From assembly GCA_051294905.1 (NCBI GenBank), contig CM119371.1:14696001-14760000 (forward strand): a stretch of DNA of 64,000 bases. The letters run 5' to 3'. This document shows, piece after piece, positions 61,131 through 64,000 of this stretch. This DNA comes from Botryllus schlosseri (Eukaryota). Below the pieces are notes generated by a model. It saw only the letters and a list, made by a program, of their open reading frames with translations. It searched no databases and was not told the DNA's origin. The position numbers and the translations under genes are program-made. Each line of letters opens with the position of its first letter. Position 1 is the first letter of the stretch.

Positions 61131-62747
61131 ATGCTGGTTGTTTGTCACGATGTGGCGAGGCATGCTGTGAGGATCCTCGAGGAATTACATCGAATGAAGC
61201 AAGATGATGATCATTGTGATTTCATCATCCAAGTCGGAGATGATGTCTATCGTACACACAAAAATGTATTGTCGGCTGGGTCCGCTTATTTTAGAGCCAT
61301 GTTTAAGTATGACACGAAAGAGAGTCGCGACAGAAAAGTTGTTTTGAAAGATGTGGATTCTCAGTGTGTGAAAAAGTGCATCGATTTCATATATTCGGGT
61401 AAATTGGAGATTCCCGATGGAAGTATCATCGATCTTCTTCACGTCGCAATGATGATGCAGCTGGATGATGTAAAGCAAGCCGTATCCAATATTTTGGAGG
61501 AATCAATCACCATTGAAAATTACTTCTCTACCAGAAATGTTGGTGATATTTATGGACTGGCTGATGTTTCCTCGAGATCCAGAATATTTTTACTAGAAAA
61601 TATCATGGAAATCTCAGACCAAGCTGGATTTGAAAGCATTGACAAAAATGACATTCTCGGTCTTCTGAAGTCGGGAGAATTGAAATTATGGGAAGACGAA
61701 AAACTTGCATTATCGCTCAAATGCATCGACAAATGTCAGAATAAAATCGAATATTTGCACGAGTTTCTCAAAGTAATCAAGTTTGATCAAATCTCCCCAG
61801 CATATTTGCAACTGATTTTAGATACCCACTCCCGTATAAGTAACGACTTCGAGCTGTACAAGTTATTCAGTGATCATGTTATGAAAGCTTCCGTTAAGGC
61901 AAAAGAAGAAAATGACGCCGACAAACTGATAATTCTTTTTGATGATGTGGCAGAATGCCTCCGATCCTTAAACCCAACAACCGATGAAATAGAAAAGTTC
62001 CATGATGCGATGTTGGATTTCCCGGAGGAATTCACAGCTATTTCCCTGCACTCATATATTTATGTGTTTTGTGAAGCTAAATCTGTTCATCGGCTCAATT
62101 TTCGGAGAAAAAATTCAAAATGGGAAAAGATGGATGATATGATTTGCGACCATGGTTTGTCTCCAAGCTCAGTTTGTTTAACTGGATCCATAATCGTTAT
62201 CGGAGGAAGTAGTTTTACAGAAAAAGCTGACGTCGAAAAATTTGACCCATCTGTTAATCAATGGTTTCTACTGCCAAATAAACCGTCGGCCATTTCTAAT
62301 GCAAGTCTCGTGTCATTGGATGGTTCCATCTATTGTATCGGAGGTTGGCGAGATGAAGTCGAAGTTTCTTCATTTTGCAGATTCACTCCATCATCATCAG
62401 AGTGGATTGATCTCGAGCCCATGAGATATCCTGTATGTGAGAGTGGTGTTGTTGCAGTTGATCAAAAGATATTTGTGACCGGTGGGTGGAGTGAAGATGA
62501 GTCCCTCAACAATGTAGAATGTTACGATGTCACTTCAGCTCAATGGACTTCATTACCATCTATGAATTCATGTCATGGCAAGAATACTGTTTATCGCATC
62601 GGTGATTGGATTTTTGTAGTGGATGCATTTGACAGTTCTCATGTGATTGAGAAGTACGATTCAATGAACAAAAAATGGCATAGAGTGAAAGAAGCTGATA
62701 AACCTCTCTATCTCTGCGGATCTGTCATGGTGAAGGAATATGGTTGA
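61131..62747 (+). CDS. BTB-BACK-Kelch paralogue 4, single coding exon
   Basis: Intact ORF; first ATG at 61131; branch-like CTCTAAT and acceptor AAAACAG at 61079. Confidence 0.93.
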   Translation: MLVVCHDVARHAVRILEELHRMKQDDDHCDFIIQVGDDVYRTHKNVLSAGSAYFRAMFKYDTKESRDRKVVLKDVDSQCVKKCIDFIYSGKLEIPDGSIIDLLHVAMMMQLDDVKQAVSNILEESITIENYFSTRNVGDIYGLADVSSRSRIFLLENIMEISDQAGFESIDKNDILGLLKSGELKLWEDEKLALSLKCIDKCQNKIEYLHEFLKVIKFDQISPAYLQLILDTHSRISNDFELYKLFSDHVMKASVKAKEENDADKLIILFDDVAECLRSLNPTTDEIEKFHDAMLDFPEEFTAISLHSYIYVFCEAKSVHRLNFRRKNSKWEKMDDMICDHGLSPSSVCLTGSIIVIGGSSFTEKADVEKFDPSVNQWFLLPNKPSAISNASLVSLDGSIYCIGGWRDEVEVSSFCRFTPSSSEWIDLEPMRYPVCESGVVAVDQKIFVTGGWSEDESLNNVECYDVTSAQWTSLPSMNSCHGKNTVYRIGDWIFVVDAFDSSHVIEKYDSMNKKWHRVKEADKPLYLCGSVMVKEYG

Positions 62748-63369
62748 CGGATGACGCAGTATATTGTAAAGTGAACTAACTACCTCTGTGAGTAGACTAA
62801 TGTTTAAACATGCATTGTTGAGCTTGGAATAAGTCTCAGTTGTGCTGAAGCTTCAAAGTGATGTTTGACTGTGTTTGAAACACTGTTTTATTGTAGTATG
62901 ATCTGGTTGTACATCTATTTGGAGACGGCTTTTTAAGTAAGAAAATTATTATTTGGTAATTAGCTAATGACCATTCGTCGTTGCAGCTGATGGGTCTGGC
63001 GCAGTGGTTCCCTACCTTTTTCGGTGTCAGGGCCAAATTTAGAATTTCAGAGTACAGTCGGGGCCGCACGAATACCAGGGCAATGAAACGGACCCAAAAT
63101 AGTCATCAAAATATGAAAATTGGCATTGTTCCGATCAATCGTTTGACGCCATTGGCCATTGTTATAGTCATTGGGTTGCTGCGCTTCAATTGTTCAGAAC
63201 AATCGACCTTTGGTGGCTATTTCGGAGTAGTTATATTGCCCTGGCGAGATTTCAATTAGTTTTTCGTAACAGTGTGACACTAGCTTTTGATAAAGACCGG
63301 ACCCATCAAACTATTCGGAAGCTTCGGTCGTGAGCTATAAGACTATACCAATTATGCTGCTTTCGGGTT

Positions 63370-64000
63370 GGTTTAGTAAGTTAGCTTTTATCGCCTATAG
63401 ACACGCGAAGCGCGAAGATTTTCTTTAATTCATGATTGAATCGGTCAATATGATCGGGAATTGCTGCCATCAATTTTTATCCTCTCTCTGCTCGCGTAAT
63501 CAGTTTTACAGGTCGAGCCGAGGGAGGTGTGTTTGAAAAGGTAGGCCCCCTCAATAATAATTAAACATCTTCGGGCGTATACCCGTTGGCAGGAACGAAA
63601 CAGCACTTCGTCAGCCCCCCTAAAAATATAAAAATAAAAATAAACTTGGGCCTTGGGCTCCCGTAGGGTGATAAACATACCCCTATCACCTTGTTCGCTT
63701 TTGCCACGAAACTAGCTGTACCGTTCAGTGAGCCAGCGCGAAGCGCGAAAATTTTCGATAATTCGCGATAAAATCGGTCAATATGATCGGGAATTGCATA
63801 TATATTGCTATCAATTTCTTGTCTTGGCTGCTCACGTAATCAGATTTACCGGTAGAGCTGGGTGAGGTGTCTTGGAAACTGTAAGGCCCGTTAGTATGAT
63901 TCCGTAACATGTTATTTCGTGACCTACTGTCTGCTATATCAAAAAATATAGAATCGCCCAAACGTAGGCTTCTAAACTAATAGACGCGCACGATTTCAAG
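63370..64000 (-). mobile_element. Further inverted copy of the 19445 hAT family, running off the window
   Basis: CGCGAAGCGCGAAAATTTTC, CAGATTTACCGGTAGAGCTG and CAGCACTTCGTCAG blocks. Confidence 0.8.

Overview
AT-rich eukaryotic (animal) genomic DNA. Gene and repeat style suggests a marine invertebrate, possibly an ascidian, but that is inference only. The window contains: (1) four BTB-BACK-Kelch paralogues, each with a single coding exon, one carrying a CGA>TGA nonsense change; (2) an intronless, frameshifted and truncated G-alpha-q copy, next to a possible decayed 7TM receptor; (3) a multi-exon type I membrane protein that the ORF track does not show, which I assembled by hand from phase-compatible exons (Ly6/uPAR - FN3 - Ly6/uPAR - trefoil - TM - Tyr-motif tail); its TM/tail exon is split by a 3.7 kb PIF/Harbinger transposon; (4) very dense, deeply nested DNA transposons with readable TIRs and TSDs (hAT, Harbinger, P/Galileo-like foldback, pogo-like, ISL2EU-like), tRNA-derived SINEs and a Penelope remnant; (5) a ~6.5 kb repeat-rich block that may be a decayed Maverick/Polinton end. 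I found no CRISPR array, rRNA or intact tRNA. All family assignments come from motif recognition by eye; no database search was run.
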